Notes under the pieces: model-generated | The model's database searches: none | Told to the model about the DNA's origin: nothing | The model's input: only the letters and a program-made list of their open reading frames with translations | In this document: one piece after another, positions 11,290-25,670 of the stretch | Numbering within the stretch: position 1 is the stretch's first letter | Layout: each line of letters starts with the position of its first letter | NCBI GenBank assembly: GCA_951406725.2 | Contig: OX597817.1 | Span: forward strand, 108,190,001-108,254,000 | DNA: 64,000 bases | Reading direction: 5' to 3' | Origin: Octopus vulgaris | Lineage: Eukaryota | Made by a program: the position numbers and the translations under genes

Positions 11290-12490
11290 GTAAAAATATC
11301 AAAATTTATCAAACAAATATACCAATTAAGCTAGCACGAAAAATATATTCAATCGTTTCGAATTCTGAAACTCGAAATAAGACCAGCTAAAACAAATATA
11401 CTCAACAATGTTACTTGATAATGGTGCCAAAGCATTAAAAGATTCTGAAGAATAAAGCCAATTCCAATAAGCTAAATACTTTAACCATCATAACAACACA
11501 AAAGTCGAGGAAAACAGGAACATACAATATTATCCACCAAAACACCCCTTTATTGATTCAAGACCTAAGGATGTGGAATGCACTCGTAATATTCAAAATA
11601 ATTAGAAGCAAAAGACAACCAAGCTCTTTAAGAAAATTATAAACCAGTGCCGCATTGTCTTCCAAAAACATAACTTCAATAGTCAAAACGTGTGTTCGCC
11701 CCAACTTCAGAACTTACATCTACCTTATATATAAAAAAAGACATCCTATAAATTCAAATCAGGACATATCTTTACTGTAAAAAAGTTGGATCTTTTCGAT
11801 TTGAACGGCAGTTTTTAACATAATTTCTAGGTAACTAAAAAAATTTAAACTTCGTATATTGGTAGAATGTGTTTATAAAACATCTTTTTCTCTTGGCTTT
11901 ATTGAGAAAATTCTATAGTTTGTAAGATATTTGTTGTTTTTCTTTCTTCAATTTCAACCAATCAATGACGTCCATTGAGGTAATAAACATTCTATGCCGT
12001 ATGAATATGTCCCTCGTTTAAGAAACAGATTGGGTTTATTTACATTTGTGAAGAAAAAAAGATACCCTTCCCCCCACCCCTAATCCTAACCGCAAAATAG
12101 ATTGAAATGCAATAGATCGATACTAGGGTAATAATTATGGGTGACAATTTCATATGACACCGCTAGAAAAAACTGCCGTTCAAACCAAAAAGATCCAAAA
12201 AGTCACTTCACGTGTACATTAAAAAATTTGTTGTAGGCTGTAAAGGTTGTAACGAACGTTTAACGGGACGAACAAAACTTTGAGAGCAAGACTAACTATT
12301 CATAGGCAACAAATACAAGATCATAGTATTGGACAGATTCCTTTGAGCGAACTAATAGGCATATGTGCAACAAACGCCCCGAAATCCTTGTCATTTCAGT
12401 TTATATTTGTTCTATTACAGATCAAATGCGGAGAAATAAAAAGAATATGTTTTAAAAAATATAAACCACAGCTTAATTATCATGTGACCG
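11290..12490 (+). mobile_element. Penelope-like remnant (GIY-YIG with CxxC), split by a MITE
   Basis: Across the MITE reads KFKSGHIFTVK|SHFTC...CKGC...LRARLTIHRQQI...KKYKPQLN. Confidence 0.65.
11788..12196 (-). mobile_element. Merlin-like MITE copy inserted into a Penelope remnant
   Basis: Same TIRs; TSD aaaaagtt/aaaaagtc. Confidence 0.8.
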
Positions 12491-13369
12491 CTGGAACAAA
12501 AAGGCTTTGTGGAGCTGATATTGGGGTATTTAAGCCTAGATGAGTCAAAATGAAAATAGCTCACACAATGGCAGTGTAAATCACTTCTAGCTATGCAATC
12601 ATTCGTGATGGGAAACTATAATACAAACACATTACTTCTTTGCTTTCAGTGTGCGGGAAAAGAATGAGGAAATCCCTGGAGTACCGTTTCGCAGTTTGTT
12701 GTCTGCTCTTTAAAGGATATATACCTGTTCGTTTTTCAGCCCATCGAATAGGAGGAATGTGTTTACGTTGTTATGATTTCTCTCATATCCAAAGACTTTC
12801 TCAATTTAAAGTTTATTTTAGTCCTTCTGATTCACGCTATGATTTATATAAAATACATAGTATATAGTTACTGACGAGCCATCTTATGTACAAATATGCA
12901 AATTTAGCTGCGTACTACAGTAATAGCTTACTTTTTGACTTTAGGTAAACCGAGTTGTTTCGGTTGGTTGGTGTTGATCAACCTCTTTCATCACTGAGTC
13001 TCGTTATATACTTACTGGTGAATATGGTTGGGTAACTCAATCGCATGAAATCCTTAGCTAGGAGGGAATAATCTTTTTACCAACAAACAATTTAAATAGA
13101 TTCTACACCTTTCAAAAGTTGTATATTAAACTGCGCATTTTTTTTGCGAGAACATTTATCTATGTACACACATACACACACAGGTAGTATCGTACGAAAG
13201 GGAAGGTTAATTACATTGTTAATGTGTTACAGGTGAATGTAATTGTGTTGTTAATGTTACAGGTGAATGTCCTTATGTTCTTTGAATCAATGAAAATTAT
13301 TATTCGGAAATAACGTAATATTTACGGTATTAGGCATTGTTTTAAGTGAAAAACTATTACTAAAGCGAG

Positions 13370-13458
<89 letters not shown>

Positions 13459-14307
13459 AGAAGTAAGAGTTGGGTGTACTCCATTAATGTCCATTGCTAT
13501 ACCTCGCTATCTTCAATGTCAATATGAGCGAAGAGAAATTTGGTTGCATTTTGAAATGAGATTAAAGGTTGTGGTGTAGACATAGATGCTGAAATCTGAG
13601 TGTGTAGTATATGGTTATATGCATTTGTGTTGCATGTACGTATGTTAACACATGTGTGCTTGTGTGTATATCTGTGTGTAATAATCTCTCTATATGTCCA
13701 AAGTGTAATTATCTATGAGGAGCTTTTAGTATCCATTCTAAGGTGGAGTTTCGTTTGTTAATAGTTGGTTGAAGCATTTTGATAAGTAGATATTCAAGTA
13801 AACTGTTTATTAGCTATTTGATTTGTTTCGAGTGCTTAATTTATCAAAATCAGTTCTGTGTATGAATGTGTGTGGAATTTTATTAGTTCTTTGTCGTAGT
13901 GTATAGCTAACCTTCTCCAAAGCGTTGTGAATTTCTGGCATATACAACAATTGTTATGAGATTCAAACTACGAAGTAGGCTTTTCAGCTAGCATGCCAAG
14001 TTGGAATAAACTGAAGGTGAACAGAAATCTTGTGGCTGGCGTGTGGTAGCATATAGCTAGATGCTTGTTTTTCAAGTTTTGGTAATACATAAGAGAATGG
14101 TTCCAGGTCCAGTCCCACTCTGTGGAACTTTGGGAAAGTATTGTCTACAATGGTCTCGGGCCGTCCAAATCTTTATGAGTAGATTTGATGGAGGCAAATT
14201 GATAAATGCCCGTTGTGTGTGTGTGAGAGAGTGTCTTTGTGTTTGTTCCCGCTTGACAATACACACACAAGCGCACACACGCGCGCAAACACACACACAT
14301 CCACACG

Positions 14308-16279
14308 GGATCTTTTCTGTTTGAAAGCCAGATTTTTCAGATTTTTCTAGTTAACTAAATAATTTGAAACTTCGTATACTGGTAGAATGTGTCAAAAGAA
14401 AACAATAATTTCAACTAGTTTTTTTGACAAAAATGTATTTTATAAGTTTAAACGTAGTTTAAATCTGCGAATTTTAACCAATCGTATTCTCTGTATTGAG
14501 TTGAAATTATTTGCTCCGTCTAAACATATTGTTACTGTGACGTAAACAGCTGTTTTGTGACGTTTACTTTGGATGAATAATAAACACATATTCAGTGTTT
14601 TTGTGTAGGCTTCGGGTGTTTTCTCTATACAATGTATATATTTACTATAAACTTGTGCACACGCTTTGATTCTTCAGTTTGACACACGCCTTGAACCGGT
14701 TATTTGGCTTGTATGCACCCACATACACACACGTACCCATCCATACGCATACTCGCACATAATCAGGGCCCCTCTGCGTTTTCGCTCGTCGATGTGCTAG
14801 GAATAACACCCAAATCCCCTTAAAACCATATACTACTGGGTTAAAGGAAGGGTACATTGGCTAATATAATCATAGATGCTATATCTGAAAAAGGGGGGGC
14901 GCAAAAATACGGGTTGGTCATAGTTGGAACCCTTTGATCCTCAACCGGGTTTATCAGTAATAACAATATATTTGTAATATTGATTATAGACACAAAGCAT
15001 ATATTTTGGGGTGAGTGGAGGGTATAATCATTTATATCGATCTCCAATACTTGTTCGATGTATTTTCTCGACCGTGGAAGAACAGACGGCTTGTTTTGAA
15101 TTCCGGTGAGGGTTGAAACCCGAACGTATAGGACCGTATCCCTAAACATTCTAACAGTCCTTTACCAAGCCCTTGTCAGCATGTAATATCATCTGATCCA
15201 CATTATCTCTCTATTATTTGTCCACGCGTAAAAATATATCATCAAGGTGACATAGTTAAACTTCGACGAAAAATATAATGTAAAGCTGGCAGAATCGGTA
15301 GTGCATCGGATAAAATGCCTAGCGTCATTTCTTACGAATCTTTACGTTCCGTGTTCGAATATTGCTGAGCTTTCCTTCTTTCGGGCGGCGCTTATAGAAT
15401 AAGTACCAGTTGAATACAATCGACTAGTTCTTCCCATCAGCTTCAGGCCTTGTACTTACTGGGGAAAGAAATATTATTAAGGAAGGGGTGGGGCAAGCTG
15501 GCAGAATCGTTCGTGCGTCGGACAAAATACCTTGTGGCATTTCTTCCGACTTCTCACGTTACCGTCGTCGTCGACTTTACCTTTCATGATCAATTAAGTA
15601 CCAGTCAATGTAATCGATTAACCCCTCCTCCCAAATTGTTGGTCTTGTGCCAAAATTTTGTGCAATTTTATTTTTTATATCGAAACTAAATATATAGTTT
15701 TAGCTCTCAAGGTGAACTCCAAGCAATTACCTATGATGAAAGGTATTCTAGGTTTGACCATCCCAAGTGTGACACCTACTCCAAAGGCACGATGAAGTGG
15801 TGGGCAGTTAAAATGTTTTAAAACGTGGATTTTTCAGAAAAATAAGATTTAATGCGAATTACATGTATTTTAGAGTGACGAAAATTACCGAAACCCCTCC
15901 AAAAATTTACCATCGAAATTTCATTTTATTCTCGACAGCTATTTCGAAAGCCCGCCGTATTTTTATTATTATTCTGTCTGTTTAGGACTTTGTTATATGG
16001 GACGGTGATGTTTACATTTTAGCTATGTTAACTACGTCGCAAAATAGCTGTTTACGTCACAGTAACAATATTTTGAGAAGCAGTAAATAAATATGAGGCC
16101 GAAAGAAAGAATATCATTGGTTAAAATTCGAATTTTTAAACAACGTTAAACTTAGAAATTACAATTCCGTTTTCATTTTGGTTTACAATTATGTTTTCTT
16201 TTGACACATTCTACCAGTATACGAAGTTTCAAATTGTTTAGTTAACTAGGAAAATCTGGCTTTCAAAAGGAAAAGATCC
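14308..16279. mobile_element. About 2-kb non-autonomous Merlin-like element with about 250-bp inverted arms and nested SINEs
   Basis: ggatcttttctgtttgaaagccagattttt ... aaaatctggctttcaaaaggaaaagatcc; arms still match at 14529-14563 vs 16034-16071; flanks tccacacg/cacacacg. Confidence 0.7.
15280..15660 (+). mobile_element. Two tandem degenerate Meta-like SINEs
   Basis: Two agctggcagaatcg heads with aagtaccagt cores. Confidence 0.6.
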
Positions 16280-16299
16280 CACACACGCGCACACACACA

Positions 16300-16946
16300 C
16301 ATGATAACAAGCCACTCGTGACCGAGGAAGACTATCATTGACCATTGCCCAAGCAAATTATTAGCAATGTCTGTGCTTAAGGTTATTGCACCCGCAGTCG
16401 GCTCCACCCAGAATAACGTCCGCGGCTTCCTTACTCGCCACGACGCTCTTATATTCGACCGGGCAACGAAGAGTCGCCTCGTCAGTAATTGCACAACCTA
16501 AAATTTTAGGGACAATAAGGCTTGCACAGTACCTCACAAACCTTCTTCGTCCTACTGACGTGATCCAGATACAAGTTAGTGCAAGATATCCAGTACCAAT
16601 ACGATTCTCAGACTCAGTAATGTGGAGGCGCCCTGTACTCAAGCACAAGAAAAAGATGCCATTCCCTGCAATCTGGTTTTATATCAGAGCGGCCTTCGCC
16701 TAGAGACACGCTTTAAGAAAAGCTAAGATAAGGAGGGGGGGCTCATTCTCAGTGGTCTTCCAGCACGCCGGTCACCAACTCGAAATTTCTGAGGGCCCAT
16801 ACTATGCTATTGCTAGCTAGTACTTTTACCTACTCCAGGTTCAGCTGTCCTTTTGGCAGGTCTTATTTTTAATCCTACTCGGTTTCTAGCGATCCTCTTC
16901 ATTAGGCAAACCTAGTAGGGGTGCCGGTTTAGTCGTCGTTGACCCA
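16300..16946 (-). mobile_element. Second copy of the RTE-type element with a 28S-like segment
   Basis: Colinear with 2275-2880; 5' end acgactaaaccggcacccc shared with the element at 3170. Confidence 0.65.
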
Positions 16947-17113
16947 TTCATACACCAGATTATTGTTATTATATATATGAGGGAGAAACAGAGAAAGAGA
17001 AAACGATTGGGTGGCCATGAGTGGAGCGCTTTTGATTATAGTCGTGTTCCACTAGAACTGATTTGATACTAAGCCATAATAAAAGAGGGATGAATATATG
17101 TGTAGGTGTTCAC

Positions 17114-17181
<68 letters not shown>

Positions 17182-17193
17182 ACACACACACAC

Positions 17194-18200
17194 GAAGGTC
17201 AGCTGAAAAGTTTATAATCTGACCAAAATATTCTCATGGTGCGTGATCAAATGAAATTTATTTTTCAACATAGTCCCCCTTACGGTCCACACACTTCATC
17301 CATCGGTTTTGCAGCGCTTGGATCCTATTGGTGAAGAAGATTTCATCTTGTTGGTCAAAGAATTCTTCAACAACAGATCTGACGTCATCATCACTACGAC
17401 ATTGATTCCCATCCAGGTTGGGTTTTTTTCATATTGGGGAACAGATGATAGTCAGATGGGGCCAAATTAGAAGAATCGGGTGGGTGATCAAGCAGTTCAA
17501 AACCACAGTTATGCACAGCAGCCATTAAAACCAAGGACTTAGATGCTGGAGCATTGTCCTGATGAACCAATGCTCACTTTTCTTGGGCGTTTGGTCTTGA
17601 TAGCCTTTCGTAACCGCTTCAGGAAGCTAGCTTAGTACTCTCCATTGATAGTTTGTCGGTTTTAAAGATAGTCAATAAGCACAATACCTTTTGCATCCCG
17701 ACTTGCATCACCTTCTCTGCAAAAGAAACGATCTAGGCCTTCTCTGGAGCAGGCAAGGAGGGTGTATTTTTTCTGCGTGGATTGCTGCTTTGTCTTTGGC
17801 TCAAATTGATGAACCCAACACTCATCCTGGGTTAGAAAACGTTCAAAGAAACTAGTTGGATCTGTCTCAACCGATGTAAGATTTTCTCGTAATCTGATCA
17901 GCCTGGTGCGCTTTTAATCAAATGTCTGGAAACGTGCCACCCACCGAGCAGAAACCTTCGTCATGCCAAGTTCATTGTGCAGAATATTCTCAGCTCTCTT
18001 GCGGTATCTGCTAATAGCATTGGCTTGCCGTCCATCAACATGTGGTGAATATGATCCATGTTTTCCTCGGTTGTGACAGTTGTAAGACGTCCAGAATTTG
18101 GGTCATCTTCTCGACTCTTCCTTTCCCACCTAAATTCAGCTGAGTACTTTTGTACGGTTCAATATTTTGTAAGACCAAGAGTATTATAGTTGTTTCATAC
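17194..18200 (-). mobile_element. Degenerate mariner transposon
   Basis: TIR-like cgaaggtcagctgaaaagtt; minus strand ends LQNRWMKCVDRKGDYVEK*; HQDNA motif near 17550. Confidence 0.75.
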
Positions 18201-18759
18201 TGAACTTTATTAGACTCACCATCACAAATGAACGAAACAAACAAATATTTTTTGTAATTTTTCGAAGATAAAACTTATATAAAATGGACTTTCGTCTGCA
18301 GTGAAATATTGTCAAATTTTATACAGTATATCAAAATGCAGATCGATCTTTGACATCCTACAAATCAATCAGCACTAGTTGTTTTCGATCGATTATTTCA
18401 TTGCACAATCAGTCATTTCAACCAATAGATGTTGTTATGTACACATCAAGAGAACCGATCGAATCCAATGACATTCATTGCTTATGATGTGTCCTTTTGG
18501 AACTGTTGATGCAGTAGGATTAATTAGATATATAGATTATCGTTGACCAATAGAAACGATTCATCGATCTTGTAGAACAAATTCTTTTTAGTCAGAAGTT
18601 TCTGTAAGAGATTCAGTTAGAAAATTTAAGTTGCCAAACAAACAAACAAAAAAGCCTTCATAATTCATATTTCTTGTTTGATTTGTGAATATGCTTCGTT
18701 AGGTTCCGCAGTGAATCTGGTATTCAAATTAGTAACCACACAAATGTTCGCGAGTCTAC

Positions 18760-18861
<102 letters not shown>

Positions 18862-18863
18862 TA

Positions 18864-18920
<57 letters not shown>

Positions 18921-19935
18921 CTGACGATAGGAAGAAAATAAAGTTAGGAGCTCAAAAAGTTCAGACCTCTTTTTTCTCTCTTTCGTAGATCTGATGTGAT
19001 GCTTAAAATGGGACAGCTTTTGGGTTCATGGATCGAAAACATATAAGACCAGATTGTATCCATTACTTTTACAAGTTTTCCATACACAAAACGTCTATGT
19101 ATCAAATTCGGAAATCTATTGACATTTGCATACGATGTAGGATTTCAAGAAAATATAGAGGATGAGTAGGTTTAGTTACTAATGTCGCATGAGAAAGTTA
19201 ACATAACGTGGAACTGATGCAGTTAGAACGAAAACAAAAGGAAAATACGAAAATTCCAATAATTACAATTCAGTTTACGGTAAAATGTGTTGCGAAGGAA
19301 GGTCTGCAAGTTTTGTCAAGCATTACATGTTATGTATAATGAAAACAACGTCCCTTCGTAACCACGTAATTTCAACCTACTGAACACCATTGTGGGAATC
19401 ACTAAACGTATTCAACTAGAATTGTTTTATTTATTCATTTATTTTTTCTAGGTTTCATGAAACTTATGTGTGTATGTTGCCGTCATTCATTGAGGAGTAC
19501 ATCTTATGAATGACTGAAAATTACTTTTCTGTCTTGTTGAAAACTTTCAGTATTTACTCAACAATCTGAATATTCCAAACAGGAGGGAATTTTGTTCGAA
19601 GATGTATATATTAAACGGATAGATCTTTCTATAATAATGTATATATTAAAAGGATAAAAGATAATTATATATATTAGTATGTAAATAGTATATAATTAGT
19701 AATTACTAATTATATACTATTTATTTATTATTTAGTAATTTATTTAGTTTTAGGTAAATGTTTTATCGTATCTTTAATTTTTTTCTATATGGTATGATTT
19801 AAATATATCATTGTTGAATTGCTTCATGGTGGTACTTCTCTAATTTATATACATGTATTATATATTGTGAAATTTGAATTAGTATTACTAAATTAAATTT
19901 TTCCCTGTAAGTTTGGAATCATATTTCCTAATATA

Positions 19936-19972
<37 letters not shown>

Positions 19973-20842
19973 TTATACCCGGACCTAGAGGCGTGGGCAT
20001 ATACGTGTGTGTATGTAGTGATGGGCGCGCGTATATACATGTGAGCGTGTACGCGCGTAATGTCCGTGTATATATGCGGATATTCTGTTGTATGTATGTG
20101 TGTGTGCGCGCGTGCGTGTGTGTTTATGGACGTGTTTAAACGCGAGTGCGTGTGTATGCTTATATGCTTGGAGGCGTATATGTACGCGTGTATGTGGGTG
20201 TATGTATCCATGATGATATGTATGTACCAGAAGTCCATTTAATTCAAGGAACCAGATTAAATGCTCATCAGCTCTGATTTACAACGCATTAAGTCCCCAG
20301 ACGAAACTGTTGATTTACTGACAATTCTACAACTAAATTTTATCAATCTCCTGACCACCATGCTTGGTCCGTAACCTCTATACATCCCTTATCTTTACAT
20401 TCTTTTACACTTTTATCATGGTTTTATCAGATTTTTTTACTTTTATTTCTATTTATTTTTATTTTTATTTCTATTTCTATTTTTACTTTATAACCTTATG
20501 CCTTTACATTTATTTACATTTCTTTATATTTCTTTATACCCCCTTTACATCTCCTTACAACTCTTTATCCTCTACATTTTTATACTATTCTATACTTACA
20601 CTTTTTATACATTTTTTATCCCTCGTCCCGAACTCTCGCCCCTCCATCTTCACCTCTATATATGTATTTATTTATTTACATTACCTCAACATCCAATTTT
20701 CCTCATTCTACATTGAGAGAAGAAAGAGATGGACGCTTCAATTCTATGCTGCTGCCGCATTATGTCGTACGTGGATGAGAGGATTTGCATCCCCAACCAA
20801 GAATTTTTGATGTAACACATGTCCTTGCGGAAGCTGTTGTGC

Positions 20843-20920
20843 GCGGCTGAAGAAGGCCACAGACATACATTATGCATTGTTATAAATCTGTCTAATAAAG
20901 GCCCGAAACATATGTACCGC
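20843..20920 (+). ncRNA. Minimal type I hammerhead ribozyme after a pyrimidine-rich Penelope-like tail
   Basis: gcgg-CTGAAGA-aggcc...ggccc-GAAA-catatg-TA-ccgc; stem I gcgg/ccgc; palindromic stem III. Confidence 0.75.
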
Positions 20921-21368
20921 TGAATCCTTCGCATCATGTTTTTATTTTATTTTGATCAATTTATATATATATATATATATATATATAATACAAAAATGGA
21001 ACAAGAACGGAAAACATCCAGAGAGTTAGGTGAAACAAAAAAAAAAAGGAAAACAAAATATCCAGACAGACGATACAAGGAAAAAAGAACGGATCATTCG
21101 GAGTTTTCTATCCTCAGTCGAGTTTCAGATTATCTTTGCAATTTCAGCTGGTTATACTCGAGATTGCTCCAATCTGGCTAGCCCCAAGGAAAAATAAGCT
21201 AAGAGCATTACATTCCTTGGAAGAAAGCAGTGAATGTATACGAAAACAAGGACGAAAGCAAAAAGGCGAAAAAATAAACACAGAAATGTTACACAAATAC
21301 AAATAACAGGACATAACAACAGGTGTCTTTCGATGAAATATATGTATGTATATATGTATATATGTATA

Positions 21369-21426
<58 letters not shown>

Positions 21427-24283
21427 TGTATGTATGTATGTATGTATGTATGTATTCTCTCACACACTCACGTGTGCGCGCGTGTATAAGCGTGCATGTA
21501 CATGCATATATTTGAGTAAGTGCGTGTGTGCGTGAAAAGGAAACAAAAAGCAAACTGCTTGTAATCAAACGTATACCCCTGGTTAGTTCTCGTATGTACA
21601 ATAATAACGCTAACATTCTGTATCACTTCTACTAGCGCTCGATTTGTTTTATAGCTCTTAGTCATTTAAGTTACTAAAATATACTTATTAAATCAGTTCA
21701 GTTTACTAAATTTCTTTCTCTACAAAACATAACCTACGTTTAGTCATCTGGAACAGAAGTAAAGAAACCTTGAGTTAGGTGATCTTTAAAAATATTAACA
21801 AATCATTCTTTGATTATTTCACTACTAGTGGGACCCATGTAAATTCCCCGGAATGAAAAAAGATTAAGAGGACCTGTTTAAGAAAGAAAAGGTTGTTTGT
21901 ATTTTTTATAGCATTCTTAGTTTAGCTTCTTTAAATATACTTTGTCTACATTTATTCCCTCACGTCTCCGTCGGTGTTGTCTTTTTTTTTTCTTTTTATT
22001 GTATCTTTTCGCCGTTCCTCTCTGATCCGAACTCTATATGTGCTTATCCTTTTTCGAGCAGCTTGCAACCGTCTTTCTTGATAATCCATAGTCTTGTGAA
22101 TCCATATTTATGGCGATAAATTAACCCTTATAAATAAATATCAATTTTCAAGCGAGCAGTCGATAAATAATTGCACTTATGCGCATGCAATAAGCGATGG
22201 GCACTATAAGAAAATTAGTTCCATAAAAAAAAAAAAAATTCACTATCAACACACCACCACCATCATCATCACCACTATAGTTTTCAGTAACAAGGCTCAC
22301 TTAATTTAATTTCATTTCATTTGTTTGTTTATATCTACTTTTTGATGCTGTCGATATACCTTTAGTCTGACAATACAAACGTTCTCTGCCTCCTCTCTCT
22401 CTCAATATAACTGTTTCCCCAGTCCATCTCTCTATAACTACTTTTCTTTAACCTCATCATCAGAACATCACCCTCTGCTAAATATTGCATCCTAAACATA
22501 TCTTTTCCTCCAGCTAACTTTTTAACCACCTAATAACTATTCCTCCCCCTCGCCCTACAGCACGTCGTTCTCCTTTTTTCTCTCATTGTCTTTTTCTCTC
22601 GCTCTTCGCCTCTCCCTTCAGCTTACCATTTGACGCATTTGGCTTTAGTATGTTATAGATCTTTCTCAACTTCTTCCTTTCTTCTTTCTTCCCTACTCTT
22701 TCTCTCACTCTTCCCTCTCTCTCTCTTTCACGATGCTTCTCACTCCACATCCACCTCACTAACTAACGTAAGTATTACTGGCGAACGAACAAGCAGAATT
22801 ACATATAGACTAATTTCTTCTCTAATTACTAAAGGCAGAACTCTGCTCTCCTAAAAATTTAAAGGAGCTATCACATCGGAAATTCTCAAAAAGTTTTCAG
22901 AATTAAGGAAATTAATGAAATGAAATAATTTATTTGTTTAATAACGGTCAATAATCTTCAGTATACCTCTAGCTTCTTAAAAAAAGTTTGGAACATATCT
23001 CAGATCAGCAGTTAACTTCTATAAATGAAAGAAAAAATAATTCACCCAGTTTGTATTAACTTTTGATTACTAGTCTGGGCCAAAGTGACATATTTCAGTG
23101 AAGCTGTAATTGAATCACCTTAAACTGATTAACTATTGCAACTGATTCTTACTAAATTAATTCAATCTCAAATGACAGTATATTATTTACTTCGTCGCAC
23201 TAAAAAATAACATGTTTGTAAAAATTACGTCTCCAATCGAACTCTTTTCTTTGCATAACAAACATTCAAATTAAATTTGCTAGACAGCTCACGAAGCGTT
23301 TTACGATATCAATATTTGAACACCTGACCAGTCATTGCCTGATATTACTGGCATATAATTAATCTAGTCTCTTTCTCTTATACAAATATTAACTATTTCG
23401 TTTTGTTTAATTACGCATTCATGTTTTATTTATAATTCGTTTCACTGGTGTCTGTAGATTATTTTTGTAAAAATCCTTTCGATTTTCTCTTATTGAATTC
23501 TTTGGAATACTGGTTTCTTTTCTTTTATTTCTTGTTATACAAAAATTAATTATTTTAGATTCATTTCTATGAGAGGTATCATATGTACTCTGCTATAACA
23601 TTAAACCTCATAAGAATCTTGGATTTGTTATCCCCTATTTTTGATTTCTTTGTTATTTTGATTTTTTTTGTTATTAATTCCTGTGTTTTTCTTATATGTG
23701 CAAGTATGTCAGCGTCGGCAAGAAGTTCGGTTTAAACAATGTGTTTCCAGATTGGATACCTCTTTGCAAAACATTAACTGACGTCAACGCTAACGTTTGC
23801 TTGATTGAATTCCTAAGAGTAAAATTTGGTAGATTGCAAAAAAAAAAAAAATGTGTATGTGTGTGTGTGTGTTGGACTCAATGATCCTGAAGGAATTGGT
23901 TGAGGCAGCTTGTGTACAGTTTGTATATAATGTTTAGGCAAACAATGGACCTGGAGTTTTCAGGCAAGTCTCTGGTTTCATTCTTAGCCACGAGATTCGT
24001 CCGTGTTATAGCAAACCAATGATGTTTATTTCACTTGATAAACGTACAGCTGGTAGAGTACCCATGTAACAGATGAATGGCTAACAAACTGTCTTTTTTT
24101 CTCTCTTCGCTTTTTTTTTTATTTTGCGCGTTATGAAGAAAAGCATACGAGGGAATCTCATCTTTCTAGCCTGTTTTATAAAAGCAATAAACAGAAGAAA
24201 GGAAGAGTTCCATTTGAAAAATGGTAAAAAAAATGTGACAATTTTTTAAAAACGAGGTAAAAATGCAAATGAAAAGAAACCCA

Positions 24284-24463
24284 CTTATGGTCAATCAATG
24301 AGTACTGAAGAAAATAAAGAGAGAAAAAACTTATCTCTGTTGGTTCAATACAACCAATTACTGGTTCAGCATAACCAATAACCAAATAATATACAAATAG
24401 CAAATTGAAAGCAAAAATGGAAAAAAGCATTCTCGACAAAGAAATCCCATCGTCTTCGGCCAT
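24284..24463 (-). CDS. Possible first coding exon of a secreted/membrane protein (MAEDDGISLSRMLFSIFAFNLLFVYYLVIGYAEPVIGC...)
   Basis: ATG in a CpG-retaining region, signal-peptide-like hydrophobic stretch, possible donor AA|GTGGGT. No downstream exons or homolog recognised. Confidence 0.2.
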
Positions 24464-25633
24464 CAAAAACTGTTTTTATAGTAAGACCGATTTTTAAAAA
24501 ATCGGAAACGTAATAAACAAAGATAGTGGAAAATACTGCAAAAATCAATGATTTACTGATATTATTGTCTCTTAGAAATTATCAATCAATAATCATCTCT
24601 CTCTCTCTCACGCACACACACACACACACTCACAAAAAACCATTAAATGTTTGAAAGGCAACATTACATGTGAACCATTTACTGGAATCATGGTTTCTGG
24701 AGAAATAAATATAAAGTTTGTTTTAAAAATAGAAACGTTGTCGATAAAATATAGTTAGACAAATATCAAATATGTATTATCCAACATAATATTGGATAAT
24801 ATATTTTTTGTAATCTTTTAGCTTCAAATGAATTAGAATGATAATTTCAGGCATAGATATTTCTAATTTAAACACAAGGCTTGCAATTTTTAGGTCTAGT
24901 CGATTAAATCGACTCAGTTCCTTTTTGTATAGACATACACCTACGTTTTATATGCAATCAAATAAAACTATCTTAGCTTATCAACGACGTTTTTATAAAT
25001 TTTTAAATAGATAAAAAGTTGAAGTAGACGGCAGAGGTAAGTGAATAAAGAACATTACAGAACAGAACTAAATATTATAAATGCTTAAGTGAACTGGTAA
25101 TTGGTTGGTTTGATCCCTATATATTGCCAGTGACACCATTGTTCACAAATGCATGCTAATAGCAAAAAAAACAAACCTTTTACGACTGTTTCATCTATAC
25201 TGCCTTTACATCCATATTTAATATCAAAAGATTTATATAACCACAAAATTGTTTTCAACGATAGTTAAGAATGGAGTTTGAATTGCAACAAACAAAAGAT
25301 TGTCTACGGAATAGATGATTACAATAAAAAAAAATTATGCCTGTTAGGAAAACAAAACACTTCTTCACTTTGCTGTTATGGTTATGTCCTTTACTTTCTT
25401 ATCTTTCAGTTTTCCCTGTCTTCCTCTATCCTACCCACAACTACCACTTTCCTTCATATTATTTCCTCTCATATCCTACTCTTCACCACTTAAACCTCCA
25501 CACACACAACTCATACAATCGCATACAGGATTTCCCCCACTCTCTTCACATCTATTCTTCAATATCATTTCTCCGCTTCATTTTCTCATTCATGCTTTTG
25601 TTTGTGTTTAAATCTTCTTTTCTTTTTCTTTTT

Positions 25634-25670
25634 CTCTATCCGAAGAAGGACTAGCACCTGAAACGTCAGA
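25634..25670 (+). ncRNA. Degenerate hammerhead-like motif after a CT-rich tract
   Basis: CCGAAGA-agg...cct-GAAA-cg-TC-aga; core U mutated, stem I poor. Confidence 0.3.

Noticed and set aside
12865-12970. CTGACGA...taaaccgagttgtttcggtt hammerhead-like motif downstream of the Penelope remnant
   Set aside because: GAAA box and stem I do not fit; at best a decayed copy.
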